Source of the DNA: Eledone cirrhosa
Taxonomy: Eukaryota
Length of the DNA: 64,000 nucleotides
Assembly: GCA_964016885.1 (NCBI GenBank)
Contig: OZ024743.1
Coordinates: forward strand, 271,188,001 to 271,252,000
Direction: 5' to 3'
Part shown: positions 37,414 through 50,523 of the stretch, piece by piece
Layout: each line of letters opens with the position of its first letter
How positions within the stretch are numbered: position 1 is the first letter of the stretch
Position numbers and translations under genes: made by a program
Notes under the pieces: model-generated
The model's input: only the letters and a program-made list of their open reading frames with translations
Database searches by the model: none
Told to the model about the DNA's origin: nothing

Positions 37414-37902
37414 TTAACTTAAAAATGTGTTTACGTAAAATTATGAATAAAGAATTTTCAGATGGATATAAACACCATCCTCATCATTACTGTTTTGTGT
37501 CTATCTTCCATACTTGCATGAGTTAGACAGGTGATCATGTTTTGAAGCTAGACAGGCAAGCCAGACAACTAAACATTTTAAAGTAAACAGTTTTATATCA
37601 TAGAACCAGGGCTGGTTTCAGGTGGTTTTGGTATTGAAGGGATTAAAAATATTCCATATGTTATCAACTCGAAAATGTCAGTTCTTAATTGGTACCCCTT
37701 CATTCATAGGGTGCTATTGGTGGCGGGGAGTCGTCTATATAATTCATCAATATTCTCACACACACACACACATCCATATGGTTTATATGAATCCATCAAC
37801 TGCAAAAGCTGGAAGCGAGAGATTTGGCAAACAGCTGGATGGTAAACTTGCAATTTCCACTCTCAACTACTGCACTAGATACACACTCACATACTCTCTC
37901 TT

Positions 37903-37988
<86 letters not shown>

Positions 37989-38062
37989 TACTGCACTAGA
38001 CACACACTCACATACTCTCTCTCTCCCTCCCTCCCTCCCTCTCTCTCTCTATATATATATAT

Positions 38063-38185
38063 ATCTAGGGCGGGTAAAATTCCCGAGATCCATGGACGAG
38101 TTCTCTCCAGCAGTCTCTGTCCCTCATTATCGCTGCCATGTCCTGCGTCTCCAAGAGACCAGTGTCTGTCCATAGGGCATCAACA
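38063..38185 (-). mobile_element. Short 3' end of an RTE-like LINE (same family as 36996)
   Basis: Minus strand reads DALWTDTGLLETQDMAAIMRDRDCWRELVHGSREFYPP-stop, then (TA)n. Confidence 0.65.
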
Positions 38186-38704
38186 TATATATAAGAGAGA
38201 GCTATACATATGGATATGTATGTATGTGTGTGTATATATATGTATATATATATATATACACATACTTATGTCATCATTATTGGATTCGACTTTGAACTTT
38301 GACCCATATGTCAACTACTCCCACACTTTGACCCATAACATGTCAACTACTCCCACACTTTGACCCATAACATGTCAACTACACCTAAACCTTGACTCTC
38401 AATATGTCAGCTATTCCCAAATTTTGACTCACAATATGTCACCAACCATCACCACACCACCACAACCCCTCTTTCAATGAACATCTCCTTCCCACTCTTT
38501 CTCTATCACCTCTTTACCTCTCCTAGAACAGGGTGGGGTGTGTACACCTATGTAGTGTCTCTAGACACCACCACTACCACCACCACTACTACTATTATTA
38601 AACATAATATTGATATCATTTGCTACTATTATTAATATACAACTGCCATGTACTACTACCACCACCACCACTATCATTGTTGATGCTACCTATAATATTG
38701 GTGT

Positions 38705-38739
<35 letters not shown>

Positions 38740-38929
38740 TTCTTACTACTTCCAGTATTGTTAGAGGTGGTGGTGGTGGTGGTAGCAGTGGTTTAGTAGT
38801 AGTTGTGGTGATGGTGGCAGCGGAGGGGGGGGGGGGTGTAGCAGCAGTGGTAGTGTTTAATCAATGAATGTAAAGATGAAGCCTTCATAAGAAGCAGCAG
38901 CTACTGTTTTTGCTACAACAGCAGCAGGA

Positions 38930-39575
38930 GCCACTGTGTGGTTACTCGACCTGCTAAAAATGGCAACTAAATCGCCCTAAAAAATTACACATATCGCCTT
39001 CATAAAAAAGGAGATATAATGTACACCTGGATACAAGCCAGTATGATCACGGCAAGATTGCCTGTGATCATAGATTTGTTTGATCTTGGTTGACCTGGGG
39101 CTAAACAACAACAGTAACAAGACAACCAGGGAATTGCTATACAGTTGCTCAATATGCTAGAAATAACAGCCAAATCTTTCTCAAATCAAACATTACTGTT
39201 ATGAAACAGGAAGGATACATTCATGAATGTTGTCTTGGAGATACAAAAAGACAAGTTGGTCGTGGTTGGAACGCCTTTGCTCTTAAAGTCTGCTCAATCA
39301 GCACTGACCTAGGGTTAAAAAAACTACTACAGCAGTAACGAGAGTGGTGCCTATAGCCAATGAAGGCGTCTCTAAGTGGTCGTTCTGCCTGCTAGAAACA
39401 TCAGCCAACTCTCTCACAAATTGCAGTTTACTGTCTTCAGTAAATAATGATCTATTGAACAATGTAGTCTTAGATTTACAAACATGAGATGGTCACACCT
39501 GGAACGTCTTTTCATCATAGGTTCTTCTTAATCAGAGCTAACCCAGGGCTAAACAAGAACAACAACGCCAGCTGC
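38930..39575 (+). repeat. Three adjacent diverged copies of a ~200-bp interspersed repeat ending in GGGCTAAACAACAAC
   Basis: Recurrent (C)TGCTAGAAA(T)A.CAGCCAA...GACCTGGGGCTAAACAAC motifs; a reverse copy lies near 40740-40945. Confidence 0.5.
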
Positions 39576-39659
39576 AGTAGCATCAACAGTTGCTACTGCT
39601 GCACTAGCAACAACATCAGTAGTAACATCCATAATTTCAGTCTATCATCAGTTGATGTA

Positions 39660-40017
39660 GTGCAGTGTATGTGGTGTTACTGTGCAGTGTATGTGGTGCT
39701 ACTGTGCAGTGTATGTGGTGTTGCTGTGCAGTGTATGTGGTGTTGCTGTGCAGTGTATGTGGTGTTGCTGTGCAGTGTATGTGGTGTTGCTGTGCAGTGT
39801 ATGTGGTGTTACTGTGCAGTGTATGTGGTGTTGCTGTGCAGTGTATGTGGTGTTACTGTGCAGTGTATGTGGTGTTGCTGTGCAGTGTATGTGGTGTTAC
39901 TGTGCAGTGTATGTGGTGTTGCTGTGCAGTGTATGTGGTGTTGCTGTGCAGTGTATGTGGTGTTGCTGTGCAGTGTATGTGGTGTTACTGTGCAGTGTAT
40001 GTGGTGTTACTGTGCAG
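39660..40017. repeat. 22-bp minisatellite (GTGCAGTGTATGTGGTGTT(G/A)CT)n, ~16 copies
   Basis: Seen directly. Confidence 0.95.
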
Positions 40018-41015
40018 TTGATGTAATGTATGGGGTGTTGTCATGCACTTGATGTTGTACAGTTGATGTAGTATGGTGGTGCAGTGAATGTGGTACCATT
40101 GTGCAGTATATGTGGTGTTGCTGTGCAGTTAGATATATATGTATGTGTGTGTGTATATATATATATGGGAGAAAGAGAAAGACATGGTGTATGTATATGT
40201 GTATATATATATATATATATGAGAGAAAGAGAGAAAATAGTGTAGGCGAATGTGTATGTATGTATGTATGTATATGAGGGAAAGAGAGAAAGAAAGAAAG
40301 AGTGTAGCCATCTGTGTCAGTGGACATGTGTGTGGGGTGAGAGAGAGAGATTAGGAGGAGGAGGCCCTGTATGTGTTGTTGATGATGCTGTTGTTGCTGT
40401 TGGTACATAACTCCAAGCCAACTCTGACCCAGCAGCAGAACTATGATGGGAGATCTTCTAGCCATAACCATCACAGCTTTAATTTGGGAGGTGGCCGATA
40501 TCTAAGACAACTATATCTAATGTCTTTTCCTTTCTTTTTAATGTGTGTATATGCATTTTATTTTATAGGTGTGTGTATATGTATCTATCTAGTGTGTTAT
40601 GTGTATGTCTTTATTCTAGACACAAATGTAGGTGTTTGTTTTTATTGTATTTTAGAAATGTGCGTGTTGTATTTTAGAAATGTCTAGGAGTGTGTTGTAG
40701 GTTATAACTGTGTGTGGGTGTATTGTATTTCTTCAATATGTTATTGTTTAGCCCTGAGCCAACCATCACTGAGAAGACTTATTGTCACTAATGTCTATCA
40801 ATGGCCAACGCATCCTTAATTAAGGCATAGTTTATCTAGGACTACATTATTCAACATGTAGTTTCTTTTTCTAGGTTAATAGATATGATTTAAAGGTGAT
40901 TTGGCTGCCACTTCTAGCAGTTTTTATGACCATGTAGTGGCTCTGTCGATGACTGAATTTTATTTCAGTTCTGTGTTATATTTCATAAATATGTATATAT
41001 ATATAAATATATATA

Positions 41016-41046
<31 letters not shown>

Positions 41047-43116
41047 AATGTGTTAGTTAAATTTAATTGTTATCTGTTGGTCTCTCTCTCTCTCTCTCTC
41101 TGTATATATATATAATCTGCATGCTCCCAAACTGTAGTTCCACACCTTTCCCTCCTCATAGCAGTGTCATCCAGTACCAGGTCACAAAACTATGGTAACG
41201 TTGTGAGATGGGTTTAACACAGCTGACTGGCCTGTCCTTCCTCATAGCGTTGCCGTCCAGCACCGGGCCCCAAAACTATGGCTACACTCCTAGATGAGTT
41301 AGGCTCCTTGTATCAGTGCCATCCAGTACCGGGCTCCAAAACTAGGGTTCCCGCTTCATAACAGATCCATCCAGTTCCACAATATAAATGTGGTTGGTGT
41401 TAGGAAGGGCATCCAACTGTAAAATACCTGGCCAAATTTAGTCCTTATTGGAGGAAGGTACAGCATGGCCAACTCCAGGTCATCCAATAAGTCCTACATT
41501 TCAAAAATGTTATTTTATATTATATTTCACAAAAACACTATATAGGTAATATGAAATTGTGTTGTGTATATGTCTATGTATTGCATATAATATATTGTAA
41601 ATAGATACCGACAAGGCTGAGTACTTAAGAAGTTTATTTTGCTATCATGACGTCTTAGGTTCAATCCCAGGGTGTAGCACTTGGGACAATTCTTTTTACC
41701 AGATCCCAAGGTTGACCCAAGCCTTGCCAGTGAAATTAGGGTTGTCAGAAAACTGTTAGATGGATTGTGTTTGTAATTTAAAGATCCCTTCTTTGACACA
41801 TATTGTGTGATGATGATTCTGCCTGAGTGTTATGTTAAGGGTTCACATGTCTGTGGAATACTCAGCCACCTATATACATTACTTACAAATTGGATGCCCA
41901 GTTGATTGAACCACTAAAGACTCATTGCCCACACTGACAAAGATTCATCATCGTCATCATCATAATCATCATCGGCATCATCTGACGTTCATTTTCCCTG
42001 CTAGCAAGGATGAGTCGTCTCAGAGCAAGTCAGTACTCAAGTCAAGCTACTGCTCTCTCAGACAACCCAGTGGGGCCTACACCATACTTACATACATTTC
42101 TGTACTCTACCAAGTGTTCTGGTGGGCTGAGGACCTGCATGTTGCTTAAATATAATCCCATGCTCAACCAAGTGCATTATATCATAGCACCAGCACTAGG
42201 GATGTCTTTGACACAGCTGAAGAATCCTCCTGACCCTTTGTTTGGCAGGTTGCTACAGCTGGATGTCTTTCCTATCACCATCCGCTTTGATATATCGTCG
42301 GGTGTATATGCTGTGAAGTTTGATATTGTTGTTATTGTTGTTTACCCCCATGTTAATCTGAATCCAACAGAGCTGTAATCAAAGGCACTCCAACCATGAC
42401 CATGCCTGCCCTTTATTTTTCCCCTAGGCATAGTGTACTTCTGACAATTCTACCCAGTGTGATCGTTTTTAATTATTTTGATACCAACTGGCCCCAAACT
42501 GCCCCTGGTTCTATGAAACAATATCACCCATTTTAAAAAGTTTCTACTTAAAATAAAATCTTCTGGCAGAATTTTGATATAAGAACCTTTTGTTAAGTTA
42601 TCTTACAAACAGCATCTTAATAATGAAATAATTAAATCTTAGTAAATCCCTCTAAATATTTTATTAATTAACTGATTATTTATTATAACAGTGTATTTCA
42701 TTAAAAATCTTGTCATGAAAGGGTTAAGATGGTTACATAAAGTTTAAGGGAGATTTGGCTGCTTTTTATAGCAGTAACCACATATAGATACATGCTTGTT
42801 GGCTTATTGTGAAGTAGAGTTTGTGGTTGGGTGCTTAATACACAAGTATGTCGATAGTTCAGTATACCAGTGTATGTGCATGATGTATATGTTGTGTGTG
42901 TGAGCATGTATGTAATGTATATATATATATATAGCGTGTGTGTGTGTGTGTGTGTGCGTGTATGTGTATATATGTATATTTAGTTATGTATCTTTATGTG
43001 TGTATATGTATGTATATGTATGTATATATGTATATATATATATATATGTGTGTGTATATATATATATATATATATGTGTGTGTATATGTGTGTGTATGTG
43101 TATATGTATGTATATG

Positions 43117-43147
<31 letters not shown>

Positions 43148-43991
43148 ATGTGTATGTGTATGTATATATATATATATATATACCCATGTGGAGGTATGAG
43201 TACATATTCGTGTGTGTACGTATGTATATGTGTGTTTTTATATGTGTCTCTATATGTTTTTGTGTATGTATGTGGATGTATTTGTGCATGGGTGTGTGAT
43301 TGATGGTGTGTGCCTATATATTCCTACACATGCCCGTGTGTGTATGTACGTATATGCGCGCATATGTGTGTGTTGAACAAAGGACTAACTTTGGGATGGA
43401 CGTAGAAAAATTCTTCAGGAAATAAAGAAGAAAAAAATTATTATTCACAAACTTGACAGGTGCGATTTGCCTGTGACCATTCTCAACACAAAAGCAATGC
43501 TAAAAGCTTTTTCCCCTGAATAAAGGAATTTTTCGAGAATGACCGGGGCGGGCCGCACTTGCTACATTTCTCCCCACCCAACCCTACTCTCCGTCTCAAC
43601 TCATTCCTGCTATGAACACTTTTTCAACACACCTACATCCATGCACTTATTAAAGGGGGAGAAAAGAAACCCCCACCACACCACAGACATGTTAAATCCC
43701 TATATATAGAACAACACACCACATACACATCAGTTTGACAAGCGCACCTCAGCGTGAAAGGTCTTTCTAAAAACGAAACAATACCTCCTACGTTAACCAA
43801 GAACTCCTAAGACCTAACCAACAACCAACAACTTAATTTATAAAATAATTTTTTTTAAGAAAAATTCTTTTGGGACTTTGTGAAGAAAATAAATTTGTTG
43901 AAAGCACAAGTGAAGCCATTTTTTCTTCCCCCCTGTCTTAATATATATATATATATATAGTAAATATATATATATATATATAGTAAATATA

Positions 43992-44385
43992 TAGTAAAAC
44001 CTACTCCAGCCAGTAGGCATCTCTAACAAAATACACCCCGTCCCACCACCACCACCCCCACCCCATCCACACCACCCCGTTCTATGTAAAGTTATGTTGG
44101 TGCCGAGCCATCGAGGCCGAAACAAATGAGATCGTGTAGGTGTCACGACAAAAAAACACACAGTCCACGCTGTAATGTGGCCGTGTAGGCAACACGGTAA
44201 AAACCTCCCAGACCCACACTGTAAATGTGGTTGGTGTTAGGAAGGGCATCCAACTGTAGAAAACCTGCCAGACAGTCCTATGCGAGCAAGACAATCACTC
44301 TTGCCTCAAGTGGGACTACCCCCGTCCAAACCCATGCAAGCGTGGAACACGGACGTTAAACGTTGATGATGATGATGATGATGAT
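43992..44385 (+). mobile_element. RTE family A 3'UTR-only insertion
   Basis: Matches 13272-13650; (GAT)n tail; (TA)n on both sides. Confidence 0.88.
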
Positions 44386-44410
44386 ATATATATATATATA
44401 TATATATACA

Positions 44411-44800
44411 CAGTAATGCCCCGTTTATCGCAGGGGATACATTCCAGAACCAACCGCAATAAATGAAAATCTACGATATAGAGAGACCCTAAAATAACCG
44501 TTGATTTCATAGTTTAAGCCTTAAAATACCTCTCCTACACGCTTTAAGTACATATAAACTCATTTAAACACCAAAAACAGCCAGTAACGATCATATAGAA
44601 ACTATCACCAACAATCGTTCCACTAGTAACCAATGACAACCGTTACCAGCCATGTTAGCCACTGCACATCTCCCGTCAATCAGTAAAACAGTAATGGAAT
44701 GAAAAATAAAAATATGTTTTCATAGTTAAAGCCTTAAGATGCCCTTTCCTTACACTTCAATCATATCGAAACTTATTTAATAAGTTTAAATTTTAAATTT
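44411..44800 (+). mobile_element. Tigger/pogo-like DNA transposon end fragment
   Basis: Starts CAGTAATGCCCCGTTTATCGCAGGGGATACATTCCAG, resembling Tigger-type TIRs; no matching second end was found. Confidence 0.45.
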
Positions 44801-44997
44801 ATTAAATAAGTTTCGTCAAAGGGCGGAGGAACTTGGGAGTCAATGGCCATCCAATAAAGCTTTTTTTTTTTTTGGTCTTTTCTTTTTGGAGCGAGAGACC
44901 CCTAGTTTCATTAAGACATCCTCTCTAGGAGAAGGTCACTAATATAAAACCTGCAACTTCATTTGCATCCAATGATGTGTGTGTGTATATATATATA

Positions 44998-45200
44998 TAT
45001 CATCATCATTTTACGTCTGCTTTTCCCTGCTTGCAAGGGTGGGGCGGGAACTGATTCTGGCTTGATTTCTACAGCTGGATGCCCTTCCTAACACCAACCT
45101 CATTTACAGTGAATGCTGGGTGCTTTTTTTCCGTGGTGCCTACACGTTCACTTTACAGTGTGGGCTGGGTGCTTTTTTGCCGTGGCACCTCCACGACCAC
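44998..45200 (-). mobile_element. SINE 3' half
   Basis: Reverse complement of the SINE tail region. Confidence 0.8.
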
Positions 45201-45760
45201 AGGTTGTTTTTTCATATATGAGTGTTTGAATTTTTTTTTACTTAAAAAAAGGGGGCCCACGAAGGCTTTTTTTATAAATGTAATTTGATTGGTTATAAAT
45301 GAAATTATGGCTGTCACGTGAACAAGTTCATTAAATTTCGCACCTGCATTTGGGAATTTATTTTGTAGCCTTTTAGAGAATTTTATGACAAACAAAAGAG
45401 AATGGTCAAGAGAAATGGGATGGGAGAATTGTTCTGGTTCAGTGAATATAGCAGGTTGTTTTTTCATATATGAGTGAAGTTTGTTTGGTTGATGTAGTCA
45501 CGTGAATAAGTATATTAGCTTTCGCGTAAGTTTGTTTGAATTTCTTTTTACTTTAAAAAAGGGGCCCACGAAGGCTTTTTTTTATAAATGTAATTTGATT
45601 GGTTATAAATGAAATTATGACTGTCACGTGAACAAGTTCATTAAATTTCGCACCCGTATTTGGGAATTTATTTTGTAGCCTTTTAGAGAATTTTATGACA
45701 AGCAAAAGATAATGGTCAAGAGAAATGGGATGGGAGAATTGTTCTGGTTCAGTGAATATG
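45200..45760. repeat. Local tandem duplication (~250-310 bp units)
   Basis: CAGGTTGTTTTTTCATATATGAGTG...GGGGCCCACGAAGGC...GTTCTGGTTCAGTGAATAT occurs at ~45200 and again at ~45452. Confidence 0.8.
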
Positions 45761-46391
45761 GCTGGTTCGCTGGGGTGTCAGAATTCAGATTTTCTATTGA
45801 AATAAAGAAAGTAAAGATATGTATGTTTATTTGTGTGCTTGTGTGTGTGTATAGGAAGATGATTCTATTAGTAGAAATGGGAGAGGGAGTTGTGTGTGTG
45901 TGTGGGAGTATGGTTAGCATGTTAAGATGAAGAGAATATATATTTTGTGTGTGTGTGTGTGTAGGAAAATGATTCCGTTAGTAGGAATATTTTTGAATGA
46001 ACATATTTTCCTTACTTATTCATATTTGTTCTGTTGTATTGTCAGCGCAAACGTATGTTAAGGTTTATTTAGTTCGGGTTTTTATTTTCTAAAGTAGAAG
46101 GTGTTTGAAGAACTTTGTAACGCGAACTGGCGCGAAATTTATTATACTTATTGATCAACCAATCAAATTACTTCTCTAAAAACCTGGTATTTCGAGCCAC
46201 TTTTTTCCATATAAAACAAGTAACATTCAAAGACCAACCAGAGGTGAAAAAAACCACAGACCCTCCATCTCAACTCTACTTTTGAAAAGCAGAAGAACTG
46301 CGAAACCGGTAAAGGAGCCAAATAAATATATATATTTTTTTTAAAATAAGACGCCAGTTGCATTTTCGATTTCATCTTTTTTTCTTTATAT

Positions 46392-46735
46392 ATCATCATC
46401 ATCATCATTTCATTTTACGTCCACTTTTCCCTGCTTGCAAGGGTGGGACGGGAACTGATTCTGGCTTGATTTCTACAGCTGGATGCCCTGCCTAACACCA
46501 ACCTCATTTACAGTGAGTGCTGGGTGCTTTTTTGCCGTGGCACCTCCACGACCACTTTGCAGTGGAATGATAGGGATCCCAGTCCCTATCATCTCATTTC
46601 TACAGCTGAGTAAACTGGAGCAATGTGAAATAAAGTGTCTTGCTCAAGGAAACAACACATCACCCGGTCTGAGAATTGAACTCACAACCTTTCGATTGCA
46701 AGCCCAATGCTCTAACAACTAAGCCATGTGCTTCC
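46392..46735 (-). mobile_element. tRNA-derived SINE
   Basis: Complete reverse copy of the 4482/19008 family. Confidence 0.87.
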
Positions 46736-46964
46736 AGTATATATATATATATATATACCGACTGGAAACTACACATCGAGTGCTCACTCTGGTGAACCTA
46801 CAGTAACTGGACGTTACATACCATAGATTTATATATATATAGAATAAGGAAAAGCGAAGTAGTTTCAGATGTTCGCTTTTACTTCTTCGATATTTACTCT
46901 GTCACTCCTATGTGGAATAAGTACGTTGAGTGCTTGAATTGAATTGCATCAATGTTTACGCTAA

Positions 46965-47018
<54 letters not shown>

Positions 47019-47177
47019 CATCATCATTTAACATCTGCTTTTCCTTTCTATGTAGGCATGGGTTTGACTAGTCTCACAGTAGCTAACATTCTTCCTACAC
47101 CTGACACACACAGCAACATAGAAAAACTGGTAGTCCTTGTGTGTGTGTTTTGTCAGGTCTAACTTAATAGATATATA

Positions 47178-49075
47178 TAATGACTGGCGTAGCAGCCTCA
47201 TCGTCAACTGCTACAATGGCAAAGGAGATGCTCTAGACAGAGAAAACTATAGAGGCATTAAGTTGGTTGACTAGGTCATGAAGATCACAGAAAGAGTTAA
47301 GGCACAGCTGATTAGGAACCGAATTAACCTTGATGAAATGCAATTTGGATTTGTACCAGGTAAAAGTACCACGGGTGCTCTCTTCCTCTTGAGACAATTG
47401 CAGAAGTACCTAGCTAAAAGTAAACCCCTCTACTTAGCTTTTGTTGACTTGGAGAAAGACTTTGACAGAGTCCCACACTCCATTATCTGGTGGACCCTTA
47501 GAAAGCTAGGAGTAGATGAATGGCTTGTGAGAGCTATACAAGCCATGTATAAAGATACAGTCAGTAAGGTTAGAATTAACAATGAATATAGTGAAGAATT
47601 TAGTGTTCAGGTAGGTGTTCATCAATGCTCTATCCTTAGCCCTCTCCTGTTTATTATTGTCCTACAGGCTATACCAGAAGAGTTAACTGGCTGCCCATGG
47701 TAACTTCTATATGCATATGATCTAACTCTCATAGCTGAATCTATGGCAGAATTAGAGAAGAAATTCCAAACATGGAAGCATGGCCTAGAATCAAAAGGTC
47801 TTAAAGTTAACTTGTCAAAGACTAAAGTTCTAGTCTGTAGAACGGAAAATAGGACCCAGATTCTCTCTGAGAAATGATCTTGCCCATTATGCAGGAAAGG
47901 AGTAGGTAGAAACTCCATTCTATGTCCCAAATGCAAGCTATAAGTACTTAAAAGATGTAGTGGGATCACAGGCAGGCTATAAAAGAACGTAGGTTTTATA
48001 TGTGGCCGATGCTCAGATGCAGTAAGTAACAAGTACCCACAGGATACTAGCTCCTTCAAATTCCCAGACAGTTCTATAGAAATAGTCGACACATTCCGTT
48101 ACCTGGGTGATGAAATCAGCAGTGGGAGAGGGTGTTCCAAAAGTACAGTAGCCAGAGTAAGAACAAGATGGAGAAGTTCAAAGAGCTACTACCACTGTTG
48201 ACCACAAAAGGTTTTTCCCTTAAAATGAAGGGCAGATTATATGATGCATGTATATGAACAGCAATGTTACATGTTAGTGAGACCTGGGCACTGTGCAGAG
48301 GACCTGTGAAGATTGGGGAAAAAATTAAGCATGCATGTTCCAATGGATATGTAATAATAATATACACGAATGGCAAAGCGTAAATGAACTGAGAGAGAAA
48401 TTAGGCATAAGAGGGATCAGATGCAGTATACTAGGGAGGAGATTGTGTTGGTCTGGTCATGTGATGTGTATGAAGGACAGCAGCTGTATAAAAAGGTGTA
48501 GGGCGATCAAAATTGATGGAACGAGGTGAGAAAAGCTGATCTTGCATAATTGAACCTCTGAAAGACAATGACTGAGGATCGAGATCTTTGGCGTTATGCA
48601 GTAATACAGAACACACACCTTCCCATGCGCACAACAGACTCAAACATACATCAAGTAGGCATCTCTTAACCACTATACCCCCTTCCAGACACACCCACAA
48701 TCCAACACCCACCCACCCTCTTCTGTCCACACCACTGTAAAGTTATGTTGGTATCACAAAAAACATCCAGCCCACATTGTTAAGTGGTCATGCAGGTGTC
48801 ACGACAAAAAGCACCCAGCCCACACAGTAAAGTGGCCTTGTAGGTGTCACAACAAAAAGCACCCAGCCCACACAGTAAAGTGGCCTTGTAGGTGTCACGA
48901 CAAAAAGCACCCAGCCCACACTGTAAATGTCGTTGGCATTAGGAAGGGCTTCCAGCCATAGAAACCTAGCCAGAAATACTTGTATCTGAGCAAGACACAG
49001 TTACCTGACCCAACTTGCCTCTAATGGGACAACCCATGGTAGTATGGAAAATGGACATTAAGCGATGATGATGAT
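47178..49075 (+). mobile_element. RTE-clade LINE, older degenerate copy
   Basis: RT remnants at 47278-47703 with many stops. The 3'UTR has tandem CACCCAGCCCACAC..TAAAGTGGCC repeats and an (ATG)n tail. Confidence 0.9.
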
Positions 49076-49604
49076 ACATGAAATAATTGGTTAAGGAGTT
49101 TGCCTCACAGCCACATGGTTTTGGATTCTGTTCTTCGTGCAAGGATTTTTGCGTTTTCTACTATAGCCCTTGTGGGTGAAATGTGGTAGCTAGAAATTGA
49201 ACATCGTGTGTGTGTATGTATATGCATATAGTGTCTGTGTTTCTGGTTACATTTACTATTTACGTTGTATAGCTTAGCCTTTCAACCTTCGACAAAAAGT
49301 GATCCCTAGAATAAGTAATAAACATGAAAAAATATGTACTGGTGGGGAGGATATATTTGATTAAATCCTTTGAAGATGGTGCCTCAGCATGGCCAGTCAA
49401 ATGGTTGAAACCCGTAAAGAATATATATATATGTGTGTGTGTGTATATATATATATATGTTTGTGTGTATGTGTATATATATATGTTTGTGTGTGTATAT
49501 ATATATATGTTTGTGTGTGTATATATATATATGTGTGTGTGTGTCTGAATATATATATGTGTGTGTGCATATATATATGTGTATATATATATTTATATGT
49601 ATGT

Positions 49605-49635
<31 letters not shown>

Positions 49636-50383
49636 CACATATATATATGTATATGTATATACACATATATATGTGTATATGTATATACACATATATATGT
49701 GTATATATATATATGTATATGTATATATACACATATATGTATATACATATATATATGTATATATACATATATATATGTATATATACATATATGTATGTGT
49801 ATATATATCATCATCATCATTTTATATATATATATGTATATGTGTATATATATCATCATCATTTTATATATATATATGTATATGTGTATATATCATCATC
49901 ATCATCATTTTATATATATATGTATGTATGTATGTATATATATAGTTTATTACTGATCCAGTGGCCTGCTTCTCTGGAGTTTCCCCAGTATCCGTGTCCT
50001 TATATACACCCCACCCCGTCTTTACATCTATATACGTGCATAATATATCCATAATACACTCAGTAGCTAGTATACCACTGTGTGTGTGTGTGTGTGTAAG
50101 TCTCTGTGTATGTTACCATGTAGTTGACATATACACACATACAGTGTTGTTGAATAACTCCAGTAAGATCAGTCATTGTTTTAAAGAAGGCAGGAGATTC
50201 CACAGAAGACCAACCTGACATTATAGCACTGTATTACCAGACTCTACTACTGCTTTGCTACTACTGCCGCTGTTGTTGCTACTACTGTTGCTGCTGTTAA
50301 TTGTATATAGATCTGGCAGATGGTGTATTGATTCTACAGCTGATGGATGCTCTGTGTGTGTGTGTGTGTGTGTTCTCTCTATA

Positions 50384-50433
<50 letters not shown>

Positions 50434-50523
50434 CACACATATATATATAGATATGTGTGTGTGTGTCTCACTCTTTATATATATGTGTGTGTCTCTTTCT
50501 CTCTCTCTCTCTATATATATATA

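Noticed and set aside
39489-40052. Cys-rich metallothionein-like ORFs
   Set aside because: Translation of a 22-bp minisatellite in all three frames.
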